Shown: positions 9,724 to 21,903 of the stretch, piece by piece
Layout of the letters: each line of letters starts with the position of its first letter
Numbering within the stretch: position 1 is the first letter of the stretch
DNA from: Guillardia theta CCMP2712
Taxonomy: Eukaryota; Protista; Cryptophyta
NCBI RefSeq assembly: GCF_000315625.1
Contig: NW_005434644.1
Coordinates: 1-49,237 of the forward strand
Direction: 5' to 3'
DNA: 49,237 nt
Position numbers and translations under genes: made by a program
Notes under the pieces: generated by a model
What the model was told of the DNA's origin: nothing
Database searches by the model: none
Seen by the model: the letters and a program-made list of their open reading frames with translations, nothing else

Positions 9724-11586
9724 ATGCCGGAGCGCGCAAGGCACGAGAGCGGAGGAGGCGATGGCGAGAGGCGATGGCGAGTGGAAGTGTGGCAAGGGAT
9801 TCCGCAAGATGCAGATGTAGAGATTGAAGTCAGCGAGGGTAGATGGCAGGACGTCGGCTGTGTGGCCGCGCAGGGTGACGGTAAACAAGTTGTTGTGGGT
9901 GGTCCGCGTTGGGCCGGCGTCGGACCAGACGAAGAGGAAGTGAGAGGAGAGATTGTAAAGATCTCGTCAGGTGAATCAAACTCATCTCAAGGTTGGGCGA
10001 CGATGATTGGAGAATCCTGTGGAAGCCTTGATTTTGACTTGTGCTGTGTGCGGTATGGTTTTGAAGTCAAGGAAGGTGCGAGAGTAAAGGCCATCAGGAA
10101 AAAGAGAAGTATGGTAACAGGTGCCAACAGTCGAGGCAAGAAAGGAAATGCAGCAAACGACGACGCATCGCTCTTACGACAAAGTGTTCGCTTTGTGTCC
10201 GGCTTGAAGTTCTCGCCCCTGGAGTCCGAGGAACAGCTTCTCCAGAAGTCGGTTCTTTCAGTCCTCAAACATCTGGATGGTGCCGCGTGCAAATCTGTTG
10301 CTCTCCCGGTCTTGGGATCACAACAATGGGGATTCCCTCCTGACATCAGCGCTTCTCTCATCATTGATTCTTGTGTGCTCTTCCTAAAACAAGCAACAGC
10401 TCTTCAACGTATTGTGTTTATCAGCAACGATATAAAAGTCGTTACCGAGCTACTGAATAAGTTTCGGCGAGTCTTTGGAACAGAAAGTATCTTACAGGAT
10501 GCAGTGAAGGCCGAGGTCAACTTGTTGTTTTCCTACCTTCCTCTTATTTCTCAATCCTACAACCAGGAGAGTAAAACGTTCAAGAATGCACAAGGAGTGG
10601 AAACCCGAGGCCCTTCGTTGATCGACGTGGATAGGTGAGGTCGAAAAGAGCCTCTGCTTAATTCGTCTGATTTGCTGCACAGTGCAGGCCAGGTCATTCC
10701 TTTCGTTTGTTCATCAACTCGTGATAAACTGTTGGTCGAAGATTGTTTCCAAACGTCCGTGTCCGAGAACGACTCCAACAACAGTGCAAGATTTGAAGCG
10801 AGATGGGTATCAATTTCACAGCTCGTAAGTTCTAGGATGTATTTGTATTCACCAGATCACGCCAATCTCCTCTTCACAGCGGAGCCTTCAGAAACAACTG
10901 GGTGCGCGGTGTTGATCCTCCGAATCAAGAAACAGCAAGAACTTTTGACCCTCGGGGGGACTGGAGAGGCGGCAGCTATGGAACAAAAGCATCGGTCGAA
11001 TGCATCGTTTCATTCTATTTGCCCTTACATGATGCAATCTAATCTCCAGGTACCAGGAATAGATCTTGAGGAGCAATCGAGTCAAAACAAGAAGAAGAAG
11101 AAGAAAAAGAAGAATGCTCAAAACTCAGGTTTTTATCGGTGTGGCTTATTATAAATGCGAATTTATTCATCTGACGGCAGGTACGATTGAATACTCCTCT
11201 GAGGAGGTGGAAGAATCAAAAGAGGAGATAAATAAGCAGCTTGACGACAAGCTTGACCCTGTTCGTGACGAAGGCCCCAAGGAGTACAAGTCCCTTGAAG
11301 AGGTTCCTTTGTTTGTTTATTCTCGCTATGGTTTTCTCTGATGTAGGAGGATTTTGGATGCAGGTCAACAAACGGATCAAAGCTGTTACGAAAAAGCTGA
11401 AGCAGGCTCAGCAAATATCCGCTGACATGCAAAACGGCACTCAGGTCAACGATGATCAGAGGCGGAAGGTAATATAAGCTATGCTCATACAGCTCATGAC
11501 AGATGAATTGCCAGGTTGAATCAATTCCTCTCATGGAAGCAGAATTGAATGAACTCCAAGACAAACTGCAGACTCTGAATGTTTGA
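9724..11586 (+). CDS. Multi-exon protein with a divergent macro domain and a C-terminal PYM/eIF2A-tail-like coiled-coil motif
   Basis: KSVALPVLGSQQWGFPPDISASLII...LQRIVFI matches the macro-domain C-terminal half. The last exons encode KRIKAVTKKLKQAQQI...DDQRRK.ESIPLMEAELNELQDKL, with a stop at 11584-11586. Confidence 0.65.
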
Positions 11587-11742
11587 GATAAGGAAGATTT
11601 GACTCCTTTCATTAAATCCAAACGTGTTAGTTATTATTATCGACTGCTTGTTTTCAATCGGCATCCAAATCAGGATGTCGTGAATGATGTCGGAATTGAA
11701 TGCATGCACAATATGCAAACAAATGTTGCCATGCGACGTAGT

Positions 11743-12951
11743 TCAAGAGTCAGCATTCTTGACACATTTTGACTTCTGCAGCGTGCAATCTTCATCTGAC
11801 CATCCTTCATAATCACCCTGTCCTGCCCGGCAGTCGTATAAGGAAAATTCTTCACAATTCACCTCTCTAGGTGGGGAATCAGCTTTCGGGGTTGCAACTT
11901 CTTCAGAATGAATAGTGCGATCTTGGGAGTTCTGTGCATGTGGGGCACCTTCCTCCAGGTTCAATTTCTTTGCCTTCTTTTTCTTGCTTGCCTTGGCTCC
12001 CTGCAGCCCATCTTCCTGAAGTCTGTTTGCAGCTTTGCCCTCAGGCGCTGACGCATCATGTTTGCTGGAAGAAGCTGACTTTTCTATCTTGAGCGCTTCA
12101 TCCACAGGCTTGCTTTCCTTGATTGTTACCTTTCGCAGATTTTCTGGCTTATCGTTGGCATCCTTGACTATCTGGAGAGCATCCAGACTCTGCACGCTTG
12201 AATTGGAACTGCCATGAGACAAGAATCTATTGATGTTTCCAGCGATCCGCACAAAGAGGTCAGTGAGGACTTTGGACAAAGAATTCCATGCTTCCAACAA
12301 ATATTCCAGGGTGGGGACTTTTTTGACAAGAGATTCACTTGCACGTCCACCAATCAGCTCAACCATACCCTTGTCGCTATGCAAAACAACAGTAACCACA
12401 ACTCCACCGATCATAAGTAAACATATCAGTTTGACAAGGGTAGCACAGATTGAACCCCCTTTGCTGCCATGAGACTCACGCTCTTCAGGTCCACCAATAG
12501 GCTTATCAGGAGATTTGGATACACCTTGTGCAGGCGCAGGCGCGTCATTTCGCTTTCTATTTCTGAGTTCAGCTACTCTGGGAGAAGATGGAGAGTTTCG
12601 AATTGGCAACGATGCTGTCGGAGATGGTCGTGCTGGAGCAGTTCTAGATTGATCTTCCATCCTGGGATATTGCTGCGGAGGCGGAGGAGTTGTTACTTGC
12701 TGCGGGTGCTCGTCAACGTACTTCTTTTGCATCAGCTGAGCATAATACTCCTGCATCCAAGTATCGTCATCCCACTGATCCGATTGTGGTCGTGGAGTCC
12801 ATCCTAGTCTGTTTGTCATGACATTGAGGATTGTTTTCTTGTTCACTTGACTACTAGATTTGAGCTTTTTCGGCAGCTTATCATTGATAGGTAAGCCGGT
12901 CAAAGGGCAAGCAGTCAACAAGGCTGGTTCAGTAGCCTTCCTCTTCGACAT
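11743..12951 (-). CDS. Hypothetical single-pass membrane protein (single exon)
   Basis: About 400-aa ORF with one hydrophobic segment (ICATLVKLICLLMIGGVVVTVVL), a Pro-rich N-terminal half and a C-terminal 4-Cys cluster. Confidence 0.7.
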   Translation of the reverse strand: MSKRKATEPALLTACPLTGLPINDKLPKKLKSSSQVNKKTILNVMTNRLGWTPRPQSDQWDDDTWMQEYYAQLMQKKYVDEHPQQVTTPPPPQQYPRMEDQSRTAPARPSPTASLPIRNSPSSPRVAELRNRKRNDAPAPAQGVSKSPDKPIGGPEERESHGSKGGSICATLVKLICLLMIGGVVVTVVLHSDKGMVELIGGRASESLVKKVPTLEYLLEAWNSLSKVLTDLFVRIAGNINRFLSHGSSNSSVQSLDALQIVKDANDKPENLRKVTIKESKPVDEALKIEKSASSSKHDASAPEGKAANRLQEDGLQGAKASKKKKAKKLNLEEGAPHAQNSQDRTIHSEEVATPKADSPPREVNCEEFSLYDCRAGQGDYEGWSDEDCTLQKSKCVKNADS

Positions 12952-14658
12952 TTTCCTCCGCAATCAAGAGCTCTGTACAGCTTCAGAAGTCCGTGAGAAG
13001 GCCAGACAGAAGTGCACTCTAAACCTCGGAAATACCTGAAAAGCAATCTAGAATCAGGGCGCTGAAAATCTAATCAAGTACGCGCTCGGATCTCTTGTGT
13101 ACATTAGGGAAAATGGGAGCTATCTAACCAAACATACCCTATCGGAAAGAAACCTTCATGAAAGCTTACTACGATCACTATTTGATGTACATCGTCGTGG
13201 AAAATCGCCTTGAGAAGAGGAAAATCTCCTTCGACCTCGGAGAACGGAACACTCGAGATACCTACTCCAATCTGCACTTCACCTTATACGATCTCAAATT
13301 TCATGGACAACATGATATAGCAGTACTTGATCGCTATCTTTCAGTTTACAGTCGTGATTATTGTTTCTCTTCCATTCTTCTTTTCTGTTGTCTCCTAGCT
13401 CAGTTTTCAAATTTTGTCTTCACAGTCTTTGTTTCGTCCTGATACTGTTATTCTAGACTGTTCCAGTCCGCTGCTATAAGACCACATCATATCATCATTT
13501 GAAATTCATCATCGCCGCATCTCAGTCATGCTCTCTCGCTCTAAAAAAACACTTCTTCCCCATCACATTGCCTCGGCCATCGTTCACGCGCCCGCGGCTT
13601 CCCGTCGACGAAACGACTACCCCCAGACCGGTTCCTCTCCATGCTCCAGGTACTACCCTACCCCGTTTACTACCACCCCTATTTGACCTTTTCCGAAGAC
13701 GCAGCACCCCATTTCAACCCCAACGCTGCTCTGACCACCCTTATCCCTCCCTCTACCCCTACCCACTAGAGGTAGCCATGTGAACGACCCCACACATGTA
13801 GTAGGTTTTCCGTCGTCCACCCACCCTCCTTTTCCTTGGGGATCAAGTCGATTTTCGACCCTCTTGTCTCGCTCTGAGTCTCCCGAGTCAATACACTAAA
13901 AGTACCCCTCATATTCAGTCCGAATGATGGGGTTATAATACCCTGACCCAGGGTGGTGTAACGGCAGAAGCCTGTAGAGAGCATAGCTAGACGGAAGACC
14001 CGGTGTGCCACGGTCGGCCGCTCTTCAAGCCAACCCGGGGCCCGGCGGCCCGGCGGCCGCGCGCGACCATCGTCACTGCCGCGCGGCTGTCGTAGGCTAG
14101 TAGTGCCGTTTTGAGTAAAGCAGGCCAGTGTACTGATCCAAGTTAAAAGTTCCCTTCGATGACCCCTCAGGGCCACCCCTGACCGTCTGCGCCACGTAGG
14201 ACCCCCAGGCTAACCGTTGAATGGTAGTGACAGTGAACTCAAAGATACCCCAATGGTACCCTACCTCGGAGTCCTCACGAACTTATCTAATAGTACCCCA
14301 CCCCTTTCTGTAGTACCCCGTCTTATCGAGTCATCGTACCCTACACCGATTTTTCACCCCTCGCCCTTCAATTTCAACCACCCCCCTCAATTAGAACCAT
14401 CCGGTTTAGTCCATAGGGCGGGGAGAGGATGGCATGCCAGGAGACGAGAGGTATGGCGGCGGACTCGGGAACTACATCCAACTGACGTGAGGCGATGAGG
14501 AGGGGGGCGGAGAAATAAGCACAACTGTCTCACAAGCACAAAGCATCACAAGCACAAAGCATGATAGGCATCTGATGTCACTGGGACAACGTTGCTGCGA
14601 TCTTCGATAGACACTGAGAAAGTATATCATGGATAATGTAGAGACTAACAATTAGAAG

Positions 14659-17636
14659 ATGGAGGATTCCTGTAGCTTCAACGCAAAGACGTTTAGTTCG
14701 TGTAAAAATTGATATGTTTTACAAAGTCAAGAATGGATTATAAACTTGTCCTTGATCAAACTGATACAGTTTTCGTCAGGCAAATCTGCAGGATTGATGA
14801 TTGAATGCAAGAACACCTGCTACTTTTCAAGTTAGGAGGGATGGATCCCGCAGTGAATGGATCTTCTTCCAATGACGATGAGGTATCTGCTTCATCTCCC
14901 TAAATCGGCTGACTGACTCTTCAAGGATCCATTGCAATGGTGGAGATCATTCCTTCCTGTCCAAATCTTCCCGAAGAATGGTGAGAGGTCATTATGGAAG
15001 ACTTCCAATGCAGCAGCGTCTGCCGGGGTTGCGTCGGATGAAAGAAATGGAACAAACAAGGACGAAGCCTGGTTGATGCAGGTGATCTCGAGCATTTATT
15101 TTATATAAGCAATGTCTTGATGAGAATCGCTGCAGAACTTACGGCGACTTCTAGAGCCTGAGAACCAAGTAGAGTCACATTTCTTTCACTAGCAAAAAAC
15201 CAAATGCTGAAGCATGCTGTTTTACAGAAGCCACCGTCTTCGGCAACACAAAGCACCAAGTTATTTAACGTTGGGCTGCAGCTGCAAAGAGGCGAAACGG
15301 GAGCAATCATTATCCAAGACATCCTGCGGGGCGGATCTGCATTCAAGTGCGGAATGCTGCGGAAAGGGGACGAGATCGCACAAGTCGACTCTGTCGATGT
15401 AGAGAAGCGGTCGCTGAACTTTGTCAACGGAATGCTGCTCGGCGAGTGTGGCACAGCTGTAGATCTGACGGTCTATCGGCGGTCAAAAGGCCACCTGATC
15501 AAGGTGTCGCTCCTCCGCTCTCATGGCGAACACGACGCACACTTCTACCATCAAAGTCCAAGCAGACGCCCTCCTGACTTCCCTGCAAGCCTCTCCTCCT
15601 TCGACAGCCTGGGTACTGATAACCTTATCCGAGCGACAAAGATAGCTTGCGAAGGAGATGTCGACTCGTTTGCGAGGCTGGAGGAGCTTGTGCTTGCCGG
15701 TAGTGATTGAGCATCCTTCCATCCGTAGTGATTTATTGCGTGCAGGCTGCGACGTGAACGAAGTAGATCATGCTGGAAATTGTGCTTTACACTACGCGGC
15801 TATTGATGTCAATGTGCTGAACCTTCTTGTCAATCATGCAGCAGATGTAAATATGACAAACAAAGTGGGTGCTACTGCGCTTCATGAAGCTGCGGAGAAG
15901 GAATGTATTGAAGCATGTAAAGTTCTGTTGTGCTGCGAATGTCATGCAGATATCAGAGACAAGATGGGGATGACAGCTGAAGATCGGTGCAGAAGCATGT
16001 CCAAGATGAAAGCATTTCACCTACTCCGCTGCTTCCGGGAGCTGAGCGACAGAGGGTTTACACCTCAGGATGCCATCCGACAGATAGAGCTTGATCAAGA
16101 GCTGCACGATTCTCTCCATGCCTTGGGAGTGGATCAAAACGTCTCCTTGGTGGTGCAGCTGTTAGAGAATGGCGCCAACGTGAACGTGTTGAACCTCGAA
16201 AGCAATCTCCGTCCGTTGCATGTCGCAGTGACTAAGAACTCTTGGGCTGCGGTCCATGTACTGCTGGAATATGGAGCTGCCACTAACCTCACGCAAGCTG
16301 GAGAAAACAAGATGAACGCTGTAAGCTTGGCGTTGGTCAAGAGAAACTACGAGGAAGGTTGTACAGTCGATTTGCGTATCACAAACCCGCACGTTTTGAG
16401 TTGTTTGCTGATGCATGAAGTGGATGTTTGCGCAGAAATTTTCTTTTTGAAGGGCATGTCAACGCTCCTACACATTGCTGTGCTAAACAATGATCCATTA
16501 GCTGTCAAGCTTCTGCTAGCTGCGGGAGCTGATCCAGACCAACAAGATAAGGATGGCAGATCGGCGCTGGAATATGCTCAAGGGTAAGTAGTACCTGCGT
16601 ATGCGTGTTCACTAATGACTTGTCCAACAGAAAAACTCACCTTTGCCAGGAGCCCATGTCTGATATGGTCGAGGTCTTCGCCAAGCACAAGCTGGATCTG
16701 GCGAGGGTGGAAGAAAAGAAAAACTCTTTCCTGCCTACAAGAGAATGGACGATAGATTTTCACGGACAGACGTACCTGGATGAACTGCTGGGCGAGGCTG
16801 CGATGAACGGAGACTGCTACGTTGCAATAGATCTCTGCAACCTTGGAGCGAACCCGAACGCACAGCTCGCGAGTTGGGAGCATGTTTACGCATTTGTGGA
16901 GACACCACTCAGCATGTGAGAGATCACCTACCTGCTTTCGTCCTTGACGTCCTGACAGAGCAGCTGCGAGGGGAAGCGAACGATTTGCCTCGCTTCTAAT
17001 CAGGAGCTTTGAAGCTGATGTCTCCCTGCCAGGGTCTGAATGGGGCTGGGCGCCCATTCACGTAGCAGCATTTCATGGCAACGGTGAGGATAGCTGATGT
17101 GTGGGTTGTCGACTGATAGTGACAAAGTGAACATTCTACGCCTGCTCCTGCGGCATGGAGCACACGTAAATGCTCGGGTGTGCCGATCTAAGAGTGGAAG
17201 GACGGTTCCATACCTCGGATACACGTACAGGGGAAGTTGATGCTGCTCTCCGTTTGATAAGCTTCCGCAGGGCTGTAATGTTGGCAGCTGCATCGGAAGA
17301 AGTCTGGGCATTGGAGGTAACGCAAGTCAACGGTTCTCTTCTCTCCTGTCCTCAAACTGGGCAGGAACTTGTCCTCCAAGGTGCTGACCTGCGACTGCTG
17401 GGGGAGGACGGGAAAACTGTGAGCGACGTTGTGACGGAGCAGGTGAAAAATCCCCGTTCTCCTGCTTTTAGTGCTGACGCGGAAATCAGAAATCAGCCAA
17501 CGTACAGCAGATGCGGAAGGTATGAGGCCCCCTGATATTGATCCTCTGCGTTGCTTTCCCCTCCTACCACCGTCCGGGCTCATAGATGGCCGCAGATGCT
17601 GCTAGGGGCACCAGTAACCTTCAAGATGTGAAGTGA
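14659..17636 (+). CDS. PDZ + ankyrin-repeat protein, multi-exon (start uncertain)
   Basis: PDZ at about 15270-15510 (VGLQLQR...IIIQDILRGGSAFKCGMLRKGDEIAQVD...LLGECGTAVDLTV). Ankyrin repeats include GNCALHYAA, GATALHEAA, LRPLHVAV, TLLHIAV and WAPIHVAAFHG. The last exon 17586-17636 ends in TGA. Confidence 0.85.
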
Positions 17637-17861
17637 TCTCAAGAGTGGTTCATGATCCGTGAAGTCATTGTACAGTAAATCTGATCATTCAAACAATGCC
17701 AAAGCAAGCCCAGGAGCGAGCGAACTTGAAGCAAATCTCCGATATTAACACTTTAATGATGCATCTTTCGTACCTCGTTTTGTCATGATTATCTACTCAA
17801 CCTTGTCACTGTTGTTGGTCCACAAAGCTTGGCATCCCACGTATGTTCTTTGATGACTTAC

Positions 17862-18620
17862 TCACACTTGTACAGCTTGTAACAACTCGCGCAATTTTGT
17901 TCTGTCTATGTAATGGTTGTCCTTCTGCACAGTGATGTAAGACACAAAAGCGGTGCAAGTGGAGCCAACCTGGATGGAAGTTGCGACGAAGAAGCAGTCA
18001 ACGTTGTCAACAAAGCTCTTGATGTTCTCGGCGCTCACACCAGACCCAAGGCAAAGAGGTGTCTCTCCGCAACCTGCCCGCATCTGAAGCACCTTGTCCA
18101 TGTTCGGAGCGACACCGGACTCCGCACCGCTTGTAGTCACAACGTCCATGTAGGGGCTGGCGTATGCAGCCACATCCTTGAAATGTTCGGGAGGAACGGG
18201 TTTGCACAGCTTTGCGTGGTTCTTGGGGTTCTTGAACGCAGTGCCTCCGAAGTAGAGCCCGTCCCAACCGGAGCTCTGCCTCACCTGGTTGATCGCAGTT
18301 GCCTGCGGCTGGTCTGCTCGGTCGTGCTCGATGCACGCGTTGTCGGCCCAGTACGCGTCTATCTTAATGCCTTCACGGGAAAGACGACCAAGGATGGGAA
18401 AGGCGTCAGCTCCGTTGAGCGTGTGAAAGTTGACGCCGAGGAAGATGTTAGGGAATTGTCCTCGCACCTGCCTCACAATCGGCAGCATCTCTGGGTAGTC
18501 AAAGTCGTGATTGACAAGAAAGACGCCGGTAGCTCCCTCGTCGAGCACCAGCTGAATGTTTTCCGTCACTTGTTCTTTCGTGAGAGCATGCACCACAACA
18601 AAGACAATGGGCGAACTCAT
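17862..18620 (-). CDS. BtpA/SgcQ-family TIM-barrel protein; probable upstream exons to about 19170 and a probable in-frame 45-nt intron near the 3' end
   Basis: VVVH...GATGVFLVNH...LGVNF...DVVTTSGAESGVAP...LGSGVSAENI...FFVATS matches the BtpA/SgcQ phosphate-binding barrel pattern. Strong codon bias. Confidence 0.75.
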   Translation of the reverse strand: MSSPIVFVVVHALTKEQVTENIQLVLDEGATGVFLVNHDFDYPEMLPIVRQVRGQFPNIFLGVNFHTLNGADAFPILGRLSREGIKIDAYWADNACIEHDRADQPQATAINQVRQSSGWDGLYFGGTAFKNPKNHAKLCKPVPPEHFKDVAAYASPYMDVVTTSGAESGVAPNMDKVLQMRAGCGETPLCLGSGVSAENIKSFVDNVDCFFVATSIQVGSTCTAFVSYITVQKDNHYIDRTKLRELLQAVQV

Positions 18621-19326
18621 TGCCGTATGCCCTGAGTTCCTGCACGCTGCACATCACAAACCAAGTGAATCGTGCGCAGCTCTCACTTGAGGCGCGATGC
18701 TATGTATTCCTTGAATGACGTTCTTGTCAGCTTTGCTCTCCTGCCGTTCATCATCAGACTCGTCATCAACCACTGAGCTCCAAGGCAGCGGCTCACTGCG
18801 ACGCGGCGCTGTTAGCAATGGCAGCGACGTCACTCATGGCTTGGAAGAGAGCAGCATTTCGCAGCGAATCATCTGTTCTTCCCTCCGACAGTGTTCGCGT
18901 TTCACCCGTTGCTGCTTTGAATCCACACAACTAGAACCCCAAGATTCAAACTTAACGATGAGAGACGGACAGCAGGAGACAAGAACAAGACCACACCAGG
19001 AAATCGTAACTCGATCACACAAGCTACGAGCACACAACAAGCGTGGATCAATCAGGCAATGCGCTGGTTTGCCCTCACCTCGGTGATGTTTTCATCGTGA
19101 TCCATGTCACCGCCGGCATCAAGACCTTCCAATCTCCGATCAACTTCTGCCATCCTCAATGTCTGCACATCCATGTGAGAATCAGATAGAACAAGGCAAC
19201 AGTGGTATGATCAAGGTTCAGTTCTTGTCTCTCACATGACCATCTAAGCTGCTGCACATATCGAGCTCGCTACTTCACAACGTGACAACGAGCAGACAAG
19301 AGAGTAAAAGGTGCAGAAAGAAAAAT

Positions 19327-19480
19327 CAGAGAATCACTTGTATGTTATAACCGCTGAACAAAACCCAGAGAATCACTTGTATGTTATAACCGCTGAACAA
19401 AACCCAGAGAATCACTTGTATGTTATAACCGCTGAACAAAACCCAGAGAATCACTTGTATGTTATAACCGCTGAACAAAA
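19327..19480. repeat. 39-bp tandem repeat, 4 copies (CAGAGAATCACTTGTATGTTATAACCGCTGAACAAAACC)
   Basis: Head-to-tail copies with no spacers; the last copy diverges at its 3' end. Confidence 0.95.
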
Positions 19481-21218
19481 GCAAAAAGCATATGACAAGC
19501 CCTCCTTCTGATCGACTGATATGGTGTCTAAATCGAACGACACATCCCCTGCATGCGATAGATTGCTCAAACATCTCTGCTCTGAACTCATCGTTAGGTC
19601 GCCAACGAAGCTATGTGCCGCCCGCGAAAACGTCTAGGCAACTTTTTTGGTCGTGAATGTATCGCACACTGTTTCATGTTCCCCCAACACCATGACTTTG
19701 CAGTCCCGGCAAGGGAGCAAACACCCTTTGCATTACACCCTCCCCCTCGCAGTCATGATCCCATACGCTTCCAAAGCTTCCCTTCAATTCCCTTGATCTC
19801 TCACCAACTTGATCTCCCTTGTAACCGAATTACTCGATTCAACTTTGGGCCCTCCGCCCTTGCTATTCCACTTCACACCCATGCTTTCACAAGCATTCCC
19901 CCATCCTCACTATCATCCTCACTCTATCCTTGACCATAAATCAACATCATTTCAAGCTTCGCGTCCTTGATCTCTCGCGATGCTCATCCACTTTCCCTCC
20001 TCTCCTGCAATCGTCACCCCTGCACTCCTCACACTTCTTCTCAACCTTGTCTTCCTGCATCTGTCTTCTCAACCTTGTCTTCCTGCATCTTTCTTCCAAT
20101 CTTGTCTCATGTGAACCTGTGTCTTGTCTTTTGTCATCTTCGTCTCCTCTCAACCATGTTGCTACCTTCCCACCTTCGCCTCGCCTACTCTTTCCTTGCC
20201 CGCACACATGGAGCCGTACACAGCCGCTGCTTAGGACGGGTATGGGATCTCTCCATAGCAGGTGGGTGTAGTACACTGTTTGAAACACATTTTGCAAATG
20301 GTCCTGAGTAAATTATTTTATTCATCTATACATTTCAAATTATATTTCAAATATCCGACATCAGAACACTCCCGTTGGACATGTAATTGACCCACCCCGG
20401 TCTCAGCCACCCCTTCAAATTAGAGGCTGAGCAGGGATTGGAGGAGGTAGGGTGATCATGCTGACATGGCTCAGTACCCGTACATTCAACTAGGGTACGG
20501 GGGGGTACATGAAAGGCAGAGGTTTGAGGTGGAGCTAGAGGGGTAGCACCAATTCCAAAGGGCCAGATGTGCAGCGGACGGGTGGGGTGGTATGAAATCA
20601 CCAAGGTAAGAGGATCTGCGTTTCGACTGTTGTCTGACTTATGAAAACAGCTCTCTACAGCACTACCCTCACCCCACTGCCCCCATCACATTCGGTGGAC
20701 GTCCCGACTGCCGGGATAATGAGCAAAGGGAGGGAAGAGGAATGGGAGTTTTCGGAGTGGAGGAGAGGAGAGCAGGAGTGGGCAGCAGAAGGAGAAAGAA
20801 GGAAAGGATGCGATGATGTCGAGGAGATGATACGGTGATGTCGAGGAGAAAATATGATGATGTCGAGGAGAGACTGGCAAGATTTAGAATCCAAACCAAT
20901 AGCGGATGAAAGACATGTACGATAAGGTCAGAGACGATGCCTGTCAATTCCGCTCGAAGGTTGAGAAGATGAAGATGCGGGTCTGAAATAGTCCGAGAAG
21001 CATTCGATGAAGCAGACTGACAACGAGATCACACAGACAGAAATTCTATTTGAGGGTGGAAAATGAGGGAAGGAGGGAGGAAGAAGGGCGACCTGGTCCA
21101 TGTGAACCAGCTCGTGTGCCAGTCCCCTGATGTTCTGACGAGCAACTTTGGAGCAGGAGGAGTGGAACGGATGTCGAACTTCCTTGGCCTGAGCTGAGCC
21201 ACCGCTATAAGGTTTGTG

Positions 21219-21689
21219 ATGGAAGTAGCGATCAGGAGCGAAGAGGAGGGGCAGAGGGAAGAGAATGAAGTGCGAATTACGACTTCCGGCAAGGTTCACA
21301 ACTATTTGCGGTATGCAACAACGCTGTTGAATGAGAAGAAGATCAATACGATCAAGCTATCAGCTGCTGGAAGCGCCATCAATAAGTGCATCTCTGTTGT
21401 CGAGATCCTCAAGCGCCAAGTCCCACAGCTCCATCAATGGAACTTGGTCGACTCGCGAGAGGTGGCAAGGAAGAAAGTTGAGAGGAGGTGACCGATGGTG
21501 TTCAGGTCCCCAGCAACAAGAACGGACTGTATGGAACAAGCAGCAGGCATGTCTCTTGTCTCTCCGTCGTTCTTTCCAGATCCTCAAACATTTACCCGCA
21601 AACCGACGAGCACGGCTATCAGGCTCCCCAGAGCCAGTAGCTCCTTCTTCTCCTCCTCTCGATCCTTATCCTTCTCCTCTTGTTGTTGA
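21219..21689 (+). CDS. Alba/Rpp25-like nucleic-acid-binding protein (ends approximate)
   Basis: ENEVRITTSGKVHNYLRYATTLL...IKLSAAGSAINKCISVVEILKR..PQLHQ. A downstream exon carries the DEHGYQAP motif typical of Rpp25/Alba. Confidence 0.85.
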
Positions 21690-21903
21690 TCCTGAACCTC
21701 TCACCCCTCCTACTGCTCGTCATCGAAGCGACTACACAAGCGTGTCTTGTGCGAGCTCGAACACTTGGGGGGAAGGTTTCAACCCTGCCGCATGTGAGTG
21801 AGGCAGTCGCTGTCTCTTGTTCGCTTACCGTAAGTCCGCGAGACGGTTGAAGTAATTCTTTCTAGAGCCTGAAGAGCTGGTAGGAATGTGAGATTCTTCT
21901 TCT

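Noticed and set aside
17913-18635. 240-aa antisense ORF over the BtpA-like gene
   Set aside because: Expected shadow from codon bias; no motif.
19327-19480. 39-bp repeats as a CRISPR array
   Set aside because: The units are contiguous with no unique spacers, there are no cas genes, and the context is eukaryotic.
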